From: Sphaerodactylus townsendi
Taxonomy: Eukaryota
Direction of reading: 5' to 3'
Length of the DNA stretch: 64,000 nt
Assembly (NCBI RefSeq): GCF_021028975.2
Contig: NC_059426.1
Coordinates: 37,200,001 to 37,264,000 of the forward strand
In this document: in pieces, positions 39,989 through 53,370 of the stretch
Layout: each line of letters starts with the position of its first letter
How positions within the stretch are numbered: the first letter of the stretch is position 1
Program-made: the position numbers and the translations under genes
Notes under the pieces: model-generated
Told to the model about the DNA's origin: nothing
Database searches by the model: none
What the model saw: only the letters and a program-made list of their open reading frames with translations

Positions 39989-40905
39989 TGTGAAAAAAGA
40001 AACCATCCATAATTTCTGCTCAGAGATTTGTTGCTCAATCCTGATTCCTGAGGAAGGGAAAGGTGTTTATAAACCTCATTGAGTCTCTTTACAGGAGAGA
40101 AAGGCAGCCTATAAATCCAAACTTTTTTCTTCTTCATTCTTTACCAGTGTGCAATTGGTCTGTCTTCCTATCCCAATCCCTGTATTACCTGCTATTCATG
40201 CCAAAGTTGTGATGCCACAGTAGAGAAGCCCTTGCTCCTCATGACCCACCTGACCTCTGAGAAAGGAGGAAGACAGAGCGAGTCTCTAATGAAGAACTTA
40301 ACAAAATGACAGAAGCATGACTCCAAATCATTTAGGACTTTACAGTATGAGTGAGTTTTTCAATATAGTATAATGAATAAGCTTTTCAACGTAATGGCAA
40401 AAATGTCACCTCTTAATTCCTGGTGAAGGACTCAAGGGCAAGACATATTTTGATCAGAGGTGTAGTGGGATTTCCACCCTGGGAACTTAATTTCCAGCCT
40501 AAGACAATCCCTATTCACACTGGGACTGTGACAAGCAGGGACAGGGAGCTCCAGCCTTCCCAATTGCTCTGTTTTCCCAATCGGAACTAGTCCTGGGAGC
40601 AAGGACTATTTACCTTGAAGAGGAAACGAGCTTGAAACTATCAGTACATATAAGTTTCTAATCAGCAGCTCACTAGGGCCATTTCATGTCAGGAAGATGG
40701 TGCTGGGGAAGAAGGATTAAACTCTATGTGTGTCATGCACCCAGTCTAAATCAGGCCCCCACATACCTGGGAAATCAGTTCTGACCCCCAAACTCTCAGA
40801 GCAGTCTGATTGAAGGTCCACTTAACCACCACAAGCACTTTGTGATGTGTGAATTGGAACTTAATTGTACAAACAGATGTGACTTCATCACTTGCTAGTT
40901 TCCTA

Positions 40906-41342
40906 GGCCGTTTCCAAACGTAAGCAGGAAATTTACCCGGCAAGAATTCTATCATGCATGAGGGCTGCTCACACTATAGCGTGCAGGCAGCCTTAGGAGA
41001 GGCCGGCGGACAACAGGCGGCTCCGCATGGGGTTGGAGGACAGTGAGGGAGGGGCTTCGGAGGCCAGCAGGCCGACGACGGGGACAAGGTGAGTGGGAAA
41101 GGGAAGGGAAACAGCGTGTTCCCGGCGGTGCTGTTCGCACCGCGCCGCCGAGAAGACGCTGTTCCCTCAAAAACAACCCTTTAAAGAATTTTTTAGGGTG
41201 GCCTGACGCCGCCCTGAGGGAGGGGAAGGGCAGCCAGGTCGGTGCTGCTGCGTTTCAGCAGCGCCGCCTGTGCGAACGGCGGCCTGGGGGCAGCGTTTTT
41301 ACCGCCCCCAGGCCGCCGTTTTTGGCCCATGCGGAAACGGCC
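40906..41342 (+). mobile_element. PIF/Harbinger-like non-autonomous element
   Basis: TIRs ggccgtttcc / ggaaacggcc; 3-bp TSD CTA; terminal hairpin architecture shared with 21305. Confidence 0.8.
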
Positions 41343-41478
41343 CTAGAAAGTTGAAGTGGGCTGTATTATTAGTGGGGGGTTTTCCCTTGTGGGGTTTCGT
41401 TCTGGCCACAGAACACCACTAGAACAACAAACCTTTAATATATATATACGCAAGTGTAATTATGTTTATGGTTTAGTG

Positions 41479-41626
41479 CAGGGGTAGGGAACCTGCGGCT
41501 CTCCAGATGTTCAGGAACTACAATTCCCATCAGCCCCTACCAGCATGGCCAATTGGCCATGCTGACAGAGGCTGATGAGAATTGTAGTTCCTGAACATCT
41601 GGAGAGCCGCAGGTTCCCTACCCCCG
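41479..41626. mobile_element. Palindromic hAT MITE (CAGGGGTAGGGAACCT ends)
   Basis: Same core as 5168; perfect TSD GTTTAGTG. Confidence 0.93.
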
Positions 41627-41828
41627 GTTTAGTGTGTTCCTCCTTCATGTGCTAGGCTTTAAATACTGACTCCACCCTGTTCATCAGTGCATGGATCGCC
41701 TATCATATGTATTCAGTTGTCTTAGGTCTTACCGGTTTCATTATACAACAGTTTCTGAACATACTTCTGTGACTACTGGCAACTTCATTCATGGACATTT
41801 GAGTTTTTGAATAAGCATAAAGTTTACT

Positions 41829-42344
41829 TTGGAGCACCTTCCTTATGAGGAGAGGCGACGTCTGAGGGGTGATATGATTGAAGTCTATAAAATTATGCAT
41901 GGGGTAGAAAATGTTGACAGAGAGAAATTTTTCTCTCTTTCTCACAATACTAGAACCAGGAGGCATGCATTGAAAATGCTGGGGGGAAGAATTAGGACTA
42001 ATAAAAGGAAACACTTCTTCACACAACGTGTGATTGGTGTTTGGAATATGCTGCCACAGGAGGTGGTGATGGTCATTAACCTGGATAGCTTTAAAAAGGG
42101 CTTGGACAGATTTATGGAGGAGAAGTCGATCTATGGCTACCAATCTTGATCCTCCTTGATCTCAGATTGCAAATGTCTTAGCATACCAGGTGCTCAGGAG
42201 CAGCAGCAGCAGAAGGCCATTGCTTTCACATCCTGCAGGTGAGCTCCCAAAGGCACCTGGTGGGCCACTGCGAGTAGCAGAGTGCTGGACTAGATGGACT
42301 CTGGTCTGATCCAGCAGGCTAGTTCTTATGTTCTTATGTTCTTA
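41829..42344 (+). mobile_element. CR1 LINE 3' end
   Basis: ORF2 C-terminus LRGDMIEVYKIMHG...FFTQRVIGVWNMLPQEVV...FKKGLDRFM; (TTCTTATG)n tail. Confidence 0.93.
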
Positions 42345-44898
42345 CTTGGTATTGCCAGTGTTTCTGTGAATATGGACATTTAGCAATTTCAGGTACGCTG
42401 CATGATTTTTTTGTTAAAAGTTCTTCTGACTGTGCAGTCTCTAATACAGTAGTCAGTAGCTACTCCTGTGAACCAAGATGGCCACAACTTTTTTGCTTAA
42501 TTTTTAGTACAGTAGGCCCTCACCATTCTTCCAGGATCCATTATCAGAATCACCACAAGTGAAGAAATCCATGACTACTGGGAGGCGGAAGGTCTGTTGA
42601 CCAAAACATCCACATTTCCTTCAGAATTTAATGCTGCAATGATTATGATGGTGGTGGAGGCAGGAGAAAAAACCCCATCCTGGTGACCACGTCACCTAAT
42701 CAAACCACAGACCATGAAATCATGTTCTTAGGAATCTGTCAATGGGGAGAGTCAAACGTACCTTTTTCAGAAAATTTCAACCATTTCTTCTATTGGGGAA
42801 AAATATTTTTCTACTCAACCTTTTTTCTTATTGGAGGGCTAAACCAGACTTGACTTTCTTGTGTGTATACACAGCTGGCCGTAGAAACATCCACAGCAGA
42901 AATGCTGCACTAGCATGTAATTTCGCTCTCACGTCTTTTAATTGAACAGACTGCCCTTGTTTGGTTGCAGATGGCTTTGCTGCCATACACCTCCTGGAGC
43001 CTCTGTTGCAGCTGTGTGAACAGACAAGCTGCTTTTCAAACGCTCTTCTTTGGAGCACCCAGTCTATGTTTTCAAAGACACTGAGAACATAAGTGGGTTC
43101 CATTGCCCTTCCTCTTTTCTCGTACGGTTAAGTGGAAGGAGTGACATTGTTTGGCATAGTAACAGGTGGCAAAACCAGGGCTAAGGAGACAAGAAGACCA
43201 AGGGAAATATAGGTCTAGGATCAGGCAATCCTTTGTACACCGATTTGCAATGGCAGCAGAGTAATTTCTCAATAAAGTGGGCAAAATTCCAGGTGGGGGC
43301 AATTGGACATGGCACAGGAATGACTGCCAGCCACCTTGGCAATGGAATGTATGGCAAGTATTTGACAGAGGGGAAAAATGAAGACCCTAAAGAGATCATT
43401 TACCTTTAATTTCTTAATACTGTTCCAGATCTTCTTAATGCTTTAAAAAAAACATTATCTAGGGTAATATTACTCTCTGTCTCAAAATGATTTGCTGTTT
43501 CTACTCTTTGGAATATAATTGTTGTATTTCCAAATACATTTGCTTGATTTTTCGACACCTGCAAAGCCAAAGCTGGTGGACATTCTGGTATACCTGATTA
43601 TGCGGATCTTGAGTACAATTCCCTAAAAGTGAAATTGTGAGCATAGGTTATGTGCGTAAAAGAAACATGACCTTTTCAGCATCGTATTTCCTTGGCTTGT
43701 ATGAGATGCAACCAATGCATGTAATTGTCCCAGTCCTGTTTATGTTTGCTCAGAAGTAAAAGTTACTAATTTAAATGGGATTCACCTTTAATGTGAGTGC
43801 TTTATACTTCTGAGGCTGGTTGACTTATGATGAGTTCAGTGCAGAGTGGGGTAAGGATGGAGGCAGAAATTCTCTAGTGTGGTCAAACTGGTTTGGGTCT
43901 ACATTTTCTGCCATGTAAACAAATCCCTTTAACACAGAGAATATTCTTCATGGTCGGTTACTGAGATCTGTATTTGTTGTAAGATTACCTGATATTTGCC
44001 ACTGCATTGCCTCTGTGTAAACTAGTTTTCACTTCAGTCCTGATGTACAGCCTGTATCAGTGATCTTCAGCTTTTCCAGATCTGGGAACCACTGAGCACT
44101 GGATCCACTGAACAGCAAGGACATAACAGGGAGTCACATGACAGAATTATATGACAGAAGAAGGGAAGCCAGAGTCATGACCTCACTAGTTTTGAGGAGT
44201 GTTGGCAGTAGACCAAGAGAACAACAGGCAGGAAATACAAGCCAAACAGAGTGCCATAGTGAGAAACAAGCCAAAGGTCAGAGACTGGGACAAATACCTT
44301 CCACCACTGAATGTCCTTCCTTTCCCTAAGGTCCTCTTAGGGGTTTGTATGGCACCCTTGGGTATACACAAGCAACGGAACCTTTTAACGGGCAACAAGA
44401 AAAGATGGCAGCTATTTAGGAACTCACAACAACATAAATGTGAAACTGTGGAAGCTTCACAAGCATATTTGTTTTATCACGATCACTATTGTGAGATTAC
44501 TGGACTTCGGCTTAAAATGATGTATGACTAGAGGATAGAGAACCCCTGCACTGGAATACTTTGAGCAAAACAAAAACTTTGGCAGAGCAAGCCAAACAAA
44601 AGTAGCATCAAAACAGAGAATCTCAGCAGTGGAAACTGAAGGTGAGGGGGCACTTTTGCATACCAGGCAAAACCAGTTGCAATGTGCAGAAGCCTAGCAG
44701 AACCCAATGGCCACTCCAGCAATGCAAAATTAGTGGGATTACAGTCAAACCGGGGAAAGTGTGCCGTGGAAATTGAAAGTTGAGGGGCTTTGTAAGCCCA
44801 ACAGAACCAGTGGCAACATACAGAGGCCCAGCAGATCCCAGAGTCACTGTGGCAGTTCAAACCCAACAAAAGAAATATCAAACTGGAGAATTACAGCA

Positions 44899-45122
44899 NN
44901 NNNNNNNNNNNNNNNNNNNNNNNNNNNNNNNNNNNNNNNNNNNNNNNNNNNNNNNNNNNNNNNNNNNNNNNNNNNNNNNNNNNNNNNNNNNNNNNNNNNN
45001 NNNNNNNNNNNNNNNNNNNNNNNNNNNNNNNNNNNNNNNNNNNNNNNNNNNNNNNNNNNNNNNNNNNNNNNNNNNNNNNNNNNNNNNNNNNNNNNNNNNN
45101 NNNNNNNNNNNNNNNNNNNNNN
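44899..45122. other. Assembly gap (224 N)
   Basis: Run of N. Confidence 1.
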
Positions 45123-45400
45123 CCGCCCACCCCCGAAGGGCTCTGGGCGGTGAACACATACAATAGGCCGAAACAACAGTACACAGAATAAAATAAATTA
45201 AATCAGGTTAAAACAATTTACAAAATTCATAAAACTAGCAGCATCAATACAGTGCAATACGATACAACAAGATTATAACAAAATTATAAAAGTGTGGCGC
45301 CCGAACCCAAGGCCGGGTGGGGGTAGCAGTGTAGATTAGATGTTATATTGGGCGTGCCAATGATGGAATGGCATGCAACACAGGGGCATCCCAGATAGGT
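45123..45400 (-). mobile_element. L2-like 3' UTR fragment
   Basis: ccgcccaccccgaagggctctgggcggtgaac terminal stem-loop, as at 10435 and 55053. Confidence 0.6.
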
Positions 45401-45469
45401 TGGGGGACACACAAAGCAACTCAAACCAAGGGGGGGAAAAACCCTTGAAACTGACAACTAGATTTGAAA

Positions 45470-45735
45470 TAGACAAACTAATACCCTGTTTGTCTCCATT
45501 TTAAAAAGTCCCAGAGCAACTTACAAACTCCTTCTCCCCAGAACAAGCACCTTGTAAGGTAGGTGGGGCTGAGAGAATTGTAACTAGCCCCAGGTTACCC
45601 AGCAGGCTTCATGTGGAGGAATGGGGAAAACAAACATAGTTCTCCAGATTAGAGTCCCCCACTCATGAGGAGCATGGAGTCAAACCTGGTTCTCCAGATT
45701 AGAATTCACTCTTAATCATTACATCATGCTGTCTG
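45470..45735 (-). mobile_element. Squam3-type SINE (older)
   Basis: aggtaggtggggctgagag; duplicated ttctccagattaga head segment. Confidence 0.8.
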
Positions 45736-47967
45736 TGGTGAGCCCATCGATCTCTGGGAGGCACAAAAACAAACAAAAACAAACGAAAAGGGGATTAAAA
45801 AAAAGAAATCAGTCATGGAAGCCTGCAAATATATCTAGGACTCCCTATATTCCTGGTTAATTCCAAATATTTCTGGGATTTTTTGGGACCATTTTTTTTT
45901 AGTATGGTGAAAAATTCCTAGATATATTTGGGGTGCTAAATGTGACTGGAAAATACTGATATGGTATTTTTTCAGGCATATTTTCAGTTTGGTTTCACCT
46001 GAATGCACATCCCTAGTCTTTGCATCGCTTAAAGGACAGAGTAAGAGGTTGCTGAAAGAAAATGCTCTTTGCAAGAATGAATAATACAGATTCAGAGTGC
46101 TCTGAAAGCCACAATGAGCTGAACTATGTGAGAATAAGTTCTGTCTTCTCATACATAATGCAAAGCATAATGCAAATATATCATGTAGCTTTAATCTTTA
46201 TCACTTGAAATCTTAACCAGAGTCTATTGCAGCATGATCATTTCTCTTTAAAGAGAGTTATTTTAAGAATATAATAAGAGTGTGACGGTTTTTACTAATT
46301 ATGGTGAGAGACTCGAATATATTTAACTTCTGCCTTAGAAGACATTTTGCTAACCATCGTTCGTCAATCATTTTTAACTTGTGACCTTGAAGAGTGCAGC
46401 AGCGTGCTTTAGAAACAATGGCAGAGCACAAGGAAAATGATCAATTTCTAAACATAGCTGAGCAGTTTCTTAAAAATGTGAAATATGGACATGTTGTCTT
46501 TGAAGTGCGGGATTATTTGTAAAATGCCCTTGGCTGTGATTAACAATGTATAGCAAGCAGCTCTTGAGAGCAGCAAACTGAAGGTGTGAAGGAAGAGGGG
46601 GGGTGGGTGGGCTGCTATGGTTTATCTAAAGGAAAGAACAAATCCCAGTAATATAAAACAAGTTAATTGAGACAGCTGGTCTCTTGTAGACAAAAATAAA
46701 TAAATAACTGGTTTTCAGGGTGTTCTGGCATCCTCAAAAAGTGATGGAGAACAGAGCTTCCTCACAAAGGTTCATTTACCAATCCTATGTATGTACACAT
46801 CCTATCTGCATAGAACCTACAAACCAAACATGTATAGAAGATACATCCTCACACATGACCCAGATGACAGACGGACCACACATGCTCAGAGAAAATGGTG
46901 TGTAAACGTACGTAAAGCATATCCTGCAAGATGCAAATTTTATAAACCACACACACACATAGAAATCGCACGGTACTGGGATCATCCGCCAGAGATAAAA
47001 CACCAGGAGAGGACTGTGAGGTAAAAATGGCCCAAGCACAAACTAAGTTGAGTGGCCCCTGTGGTGCTACAAGCCTGGACACGGGCAATTCGGTGGCACG
47101 AGAATGGACATTACCTCACCCATTGCTTCCTCCTGCAAACTGGCCACCACTGGGAAGGAAACAGTGGGCGAGCTGACTCCAGTTATTACTGCTGATGAAG
47201 AACGTGAGCCAAGTGGCCTCAAGGGTCGCCAACTTCAGCCTGGAAAAAAGATTTGGAAGCAGCACCTGTGGATAATTTAGGGAGGCCCCGCCCTGGGGAA
47301 AATTTCCCTGTAAGTTAAATGTCTAGTCTGCCCTGCAAAACACATAGTTGTATCGTCAATGGAAATCAGAAATGTTATTAACAGTAGTCTCAACAAACTT
47401 AGCAAAGTGTTCCATGTAAGTGGCAAGCACTGGATCATGTTTGTCACGTCTCACCTCAGCTCACATGATAAGGAAATATGCTATAGTGGGAGGAGATTGC
47501 CTTGGACAGATGTCTGTATTGTCTGAGCAGTCACTTGTCAGTTCATGTTTTATTTTTGCTCACAGTCTCCCTGAAACCTTTAAAGAAGGCCCAATCTGTG
47601 TGACAAACCCCAATTCCTTATTTTTGCCCAGGTCCTTCGCCAACACACTGAGGCCAGACTGCTCCACAGCTGACATAGGTCCATAACTGTACTTATGTAC
47701 ATACGCACATGATCCTTTTATTGGTATAAAATAATACAAAAACAAAATATATTAAAACTTGCAGCGTTCAAGGCTGTGAGCGTCCTTCAAGAGATTGAAT
47801 CAAAGCAAAACAGTGTTCGTATGATTGCTGGGTGAGTTGGCTAAAGTGATGTCAATGATTGTGCTTAATGTGTGTCTTATCACAAGTGCCCTAGTGAAAC
47901 ATCACTTCCAGTTTACAAGTGGTCAGTCTTCCACCATCATAATTTATGGGGTGCCTCTGTACCTACA

Positions 47968-48484
47968 GGCTGATTTTGCATGGGCAGCAACGGGTTCATG
48001 GAACCTGTTTCTGCTGCCTCTGCTGCCGTTTGCATTTTGGCTGCAGGGGCCAGCCAGGATCACTGGGATCCCAGACGCAGAAGGCAGCACAGTTCACATA
48101 GAAACAATGTGTTTCCATGCAAACCACGCAGCTGAGAATCCCCCCACCTGAGAATCTCCCCCACCTATCTGCACAGCATGGTGGCTGCCTATTAGAGTAT
48201 CTCCACTAATGGCGGCTGCCTGAGGAATCCACCATAATGGTGAAGGGAAGGGGGTGGGGAATTAACACTTCCTGCTTGCCATAGTTTGCACAGGCAAGCA
48301 GAAAGCATTTGAAACCTGGGTTAGTGAAAAACAGTTGCTAAATTAACAATTCTCATTAAACCCGGGTTCGGGCTACTAAAATGGATTTGCAGCGTTTTGA
48401 GGATGAATTCTCTGGGGAACTCCCCTCCCCAATGCTTTTAAAGGGGGCCTCAATCCATTTTACTTGGCCTATGTAGAATCACCC
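47968..48484. mobile_element. Old Harbinger-like non-autonomous element
   Basis: Imperfect TIRs ggctgattttgcatgg / ctatgtagaatcaccc; TSD not convincing. Confidence 0.4.
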
Positions 48485-48733
48485 TTAGCTTCCACTGCAT
48501 AGGACGAATGCACGCGCACACACAAAAGCCCTGCTTCGTGTGTATTTGACACTGCACGTGCATAAATGTGATAGGCACTGCATATGAATTGTGCACCGAA
48601 GTTATATATAACCTGTGCCTTATGCTGCGCTGTGCATAGAGATGGGCCAAACAACTCTAGAAACCTTGGCATGGATAAGGGCCATAAAATATTGGCTGCA
48701 TATACATTTTCTAGTGGGATCCAATAGTTATAT

Positions 48734-49370
48734 TCCCTCTTTGTTATCAGATCACTTTATTTCTGAATGGTATACCTTTTAGAAAGGTTGAAGCTATTGG
48801 TTTCCCTTTGGAATCACTCCTTATGCTCACAAAGGTGGAAGCCTTCAGACTAGTTAAGAATAGGCTCTTGGATCTTGATTTTCATTATTTGACTCTTGCA
48901 GCCAAGACAACCTGCTCCCCGACTACCTTATTAATCCCATGCGAGCGTGGAATTATGGCAACATATCTTCGTCTGCTGATTAATCCCACCCAGAGGAGAG
49001 CTTTGGCTACTGCAAGATGTAATGTGCTGCCATCAGCTCTCCTGGAGGGAAGATTTAAGAATATAGAACGTTCTAAAAGGGTTTGTTCTTGTGATCTGGT
49101 TACAGTTGAAACACTTGACCATTCTCTGTTTGTATGCCCTAAATATGATAAGATACGCATGAAATATATGAATTCTATTTTCTTGCAATGTTCTCAGTGG
49201 CAAGAGTGTTACAAGATACCCAACCTCCTGAACAGCTCTGATGTGCTCTTTTGCGAGACTGTTGCGAATTTTATACTGGAAATTAGTAATTTTAACTCTG
49301 TTTTTTAATCCTGTTTTACTTTGAAATTTTGTCCTGTTTTGTATGCCAATAAAGGCTTGTTGTTGTTGTT
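48734..49370 (+). mobile_element. RTE-X-like LINE 3' fragment
   Basis: ORF RRALATARCNVLPSALLEGRF...RVCSC...ETLDHSLFVCP; aataaaggc plus (TTG)n tail; flanking gttatat repeat. Confidence 0.8.
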
Positions 49371-52300
49371 GTTATATATAACCTTTGAAATAGTTATACC
49401 ATTTATATTTCACTTTACAGTGAAGCCAAAAACAGTATAATTGGCTATCACACAGAACTATAATATCCCGCTACAGCTTAGCAAACTAGCAAAAATAAAT
49501 ATTATTTTAAATGCAAATACTGATTTTTGTCCTTTAACCTTTTCTCAGCTTCAGTGTTAGATGCAAATCATATGCCTTTCTTGTTGGTTTGTTCTTTGTA
49601 CTTTTCCACACCTACTGAACGGACCAAACTTGGTGAATGAGATGAGGAAGTAGACGACAAACTGAAACTGACTTTTAAAGAAGAAAACACACTAGCTATG
49701 ACATGCAACTAATTCTGTCTAGATATACTGTCATATACTAAATAAAAAGTGATCCGTTGCAGTCTATGCCAAGTCATATTCTGAGTTGTCTTCAAAGCCT
49801 GAAAATTACTAAATTGTGGATCATTGTAGAGGGCCAGTTTCTACACAGGCGAGAGAACCTCTGAAAAAGTGTAGGTGGCCCCATCTACAATCTGTTAAGC
49901 AGATTTTGGAGTAGGAATGTTCTGGGTTCTTAAAAATAACACATGCTCCAAACTATATCCATTTTCTAATTTCCCCGTTATTCTGTCTTGTGGAGATTCA
50001 GCTGCAGATTGTTCTCCTTTATCCACTTGATCATAGCAACAGGAGATCAGTTTTGGAATTCAATGCAAGTCAGAAACCTTTTGGAAAACTGAGCCAGATT
50101 TTGCAATGACCAATGTTAGATTTGGTGGATTCCTTCTGAGCAGTGGTGCAAAAAGTTTGCAAGGGAGCATAAAAACAACGAGATTACTATAAAGAGAGAG
50201 AAAAGTGAATCTCATCATAACAAAACCAGCAGGTAGATAGATAGACAGACAGACAGCTTTTCAGTCCAATGTCAACATTATTTACTCAGAAATAAACCTG
50301 TTGGATTTCTGTGGGATTTACCTCGTGATAATGGTTCATAGCCCTGTATGTAGGCTTGTGGCTCTACAGCAAGAAAATGAGTGCAACTGCTTTTCTTATT
50401 CTCCAGTTTCTGAGGATGTTGGTCCAATCATTCTCGCGTAACATGCTATGAAGTCCAAGAGGGAGAGCCAAACATTCCCAAATTCTTAATCGTTGCCACA
50501 TGTGGAAGTCATCTACTGTTAAATGGCATTGCAGCAAAAGAACAGCTTTCCAAGCCCTGGCAGATTTCAAGCTCCTTTGAGGAAATGAGATTCCTTTGGT
50601 CCCAGATCATGTGTCTCTTCTAAAGGAAGTGTTTGGTTGACCCTTCCAACTACCATGTTAATTTATTGGTAAACATGCAAGGATAATTTTTAAATGCCTG
50701 TATCTCCTGCCTTCCTTGTACTTTCTTTTCTCCAGCTCCGTATAGATTTTATGTTGGCAGAATGTTTTATTGAGTTTTGATACAGAATTAGACCATTTTT
50801 GATTTGGCAATAAGATTTTCTCCATCTTTCCACTGTACATACATCTTTCAACTTCATGAATAACTTCTTTGTTGTCTGCTGCTGTTTATACAAATGGAGA
50901 CAGTTTAATTTATCTAAGACAGGATGCATTTTTATGTCTAGCTCATCAGTTACTTCTCTTGTCTGATCCACAGTGCAGTTAAACCAATGAACTTGTACTT
51001 AGAGCGATTTACTTTTACAGGTTGTGGTTTTGAGTCCTGCTAATGTGGTTGTAAAGGAGGCCAGGAGCTCTTTTTTTAAAAAATGCCATTCATAATGGGA
51101 ATTGCTCGAGCATGTCCTGCGCATTCAACAGAATAGGGTGATAATGAGGTGGCAGAATGCTGAAGTGGTAAAATGGACTTCTTCAGATTTCTGGTGAAGG
51201 ATTACCTTGTACAGACTTCCCCCACATTAATAATGCCCTGTGAATAGAACTCTATCCTGACTCATGAAGGTCTCGGCCAAAATCTTTCTTCCTAACATAC
51301 TGTTGTTGTGAGGTTTCATATGGTGTTATCATGTGCAGTCAGGGAGATATGTGCTCTAGGCTAGGCACTGGCAACTTTTCTTTGGTTTCAGCAGCCTGCC
51401 TAGAAAATTAGAATCCAGATTAATTTTTCAGCAAAATAGTCTTAATTAAATTGTTGGAGTAGTTAGACTTATTTGTAGAAAATGCAGATGTGCACAGAGC
51501 ATCCCTTGGGTAGGGTGAATTAGGGCTTGAGGTGACCTCATGCTTCCCAGAAGAAGCTGCCAATCAAGTGGGAAATAGGGTCTGTGCAAAACACACTTTC
51601 GCCCAAGCCAGTGCCATTCATTTGGGTGGCAAGGCTCATGGAGGTCTTGTGAGATTTTGTCATCTTGTAAGGCTGGAAGAAGTGGGAGGAGCTTGTCGCA
51701 GGTCATGTTACCCTCTAGAGACAGCATTGAATCTGGAGTCAGTTCTTTCTGTGGTTGAATACAGTAGGATATTTTTGTGGCTAAAAGCACATCAATTAAT
51801 CACTGAGAGATCTTGATTAATGGTCTGACAACTGAAACTGCAAGTCTTGGTTTCTTTATGAATCTGTTGTTTTCTTAAATGGGTTGGGGCAGGGGTCCAT
51901 TAAGTTCTGCTTACCCTGCTAACTCTCCTGTGTTTGGTAATGATCCCAAACTTGTTTACTGGCCTGTATATAGATGGGGAGAAAAGAAACTCCTGCCACA
52001 TCAATGTGGTGATGGTGGCAGCGAGAAACCAAAAGATAGACTTGTCAGCAGCACTAGAGAAGTGTTAAAACTAACTCTTACACTCCATGATTCTACCTCC
52101 ATATTATGCTGCACATGTAGACTTGGCTTTAAATGAATTGCCTTGAGGTTCTGTTAAGTCAGTTTGTTATCTGCCTTTCATGAAACTGTATGATGGGCTA
52201 GGGATTTTGTATTTTTCCTTATGCCATCTTTTTATATATTTAGCCTTTGCAAAGCTAGACTGTTGGTCTCTATTGTGCACCAGTGAATGGAAAATACTTT

Positions 52301-52882
52301 GTCATGATCTATTGTCTTGAAGCCACACAGAGGAAATATATATATTGGTGATAGCAGGTATAACCTGTTGAAAATTTTTAAGGTTAGAATATTTTTTAAA
52401 CAGCACTTGGGCAATGACATTGCTTGGTAATTGTACCATTCAGGTGTCACTTTTACTCTTGTAAGGGTAACAAATGACACATCTTTCAATTTCTGTGGGA
52501 AGATTTTAGTCAGAGTAGATGGTCTTGCAAAGTCCTTTCTATTTCCTGCAAGGGTTTATTAAAATATTCTTCAGTTATGTCATTCATCCCTTTCCCTCAC
52601 TGGGCTATATTTCATCACGAGGCTGACTTTGTTAACTTCATCTATGGCTAACACGGGGAATCACAATATGTAGAAAAGATCTTTGACTTCAAAGGTGACC
52701 TTCAGGAGATCTTTGAGATGGCACTTTCTGGATGGTGTATAAAATATGCTATCAGCTTGAACCACAAAAATTCAGATATATTATACAAGAGAGGTCTAGG
52801 GATCAAACTTTAATAGACTCCTTCCTAACACTAGGAAATGCTATGTTGTAGTGGTGTAGTGGCTAAGGGTATCAGACTAGTG

Positions 52883-52972
52883 CAGAGTAGATGGCCAACT
52901 GGCCATGCTGGCAGGGGCTGATGGGAATTGTAGTCCATGAACATCTGGAGTGCCATAGGTTCGCCACCACAG
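52883..52972. mobile_element. Half-deleted palindromic hAT MITE
   Basis: Right arm intact, left arm lost; perfect TSD GACTAGTG retained. Confidence 0.85.
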
Positions 52973-53138
52973 GACTAGTGTCTGGGAAACTTGGGTTCAA
53001 ATACCCATTCATATCATGGAAGCTCACTGGGTAACCTTTGCCCAATCATGGTCTCTAAGCTTAACCTTCTCATAGAGTTGCTGGGTGGATAAAATGAAGG
53101 AATAATGTAAACTGCCTTGAATCTCCACTGAAGAGATA

Positions 53139-53370
53139 CCCTGTTTCCCCGAATATAAGACATCCCCTGAAAATAAGGCGTAGTAGAGGTTTTGCTGAAG
53201 TGCGAAATATAAGGCATCCCCCGAAAGTAAGACATAGTAAAGTTTTTGTTTGGAAGCATGCCCGACGAACAGAACACAGAAAAATAAGACATCCCCTGAA
53301 AATAAGACATAGCGCATCTTTGGGAGCAAAAATTAATATAAGACACTGTCTTATTTTCGGGGAAACACGG
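53139..53370 (-). mobile_element. Tc1/mariner-superfamily MITE (2385 family)
   Basis: TIRs and TA TSD. Confidence 0.9.
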
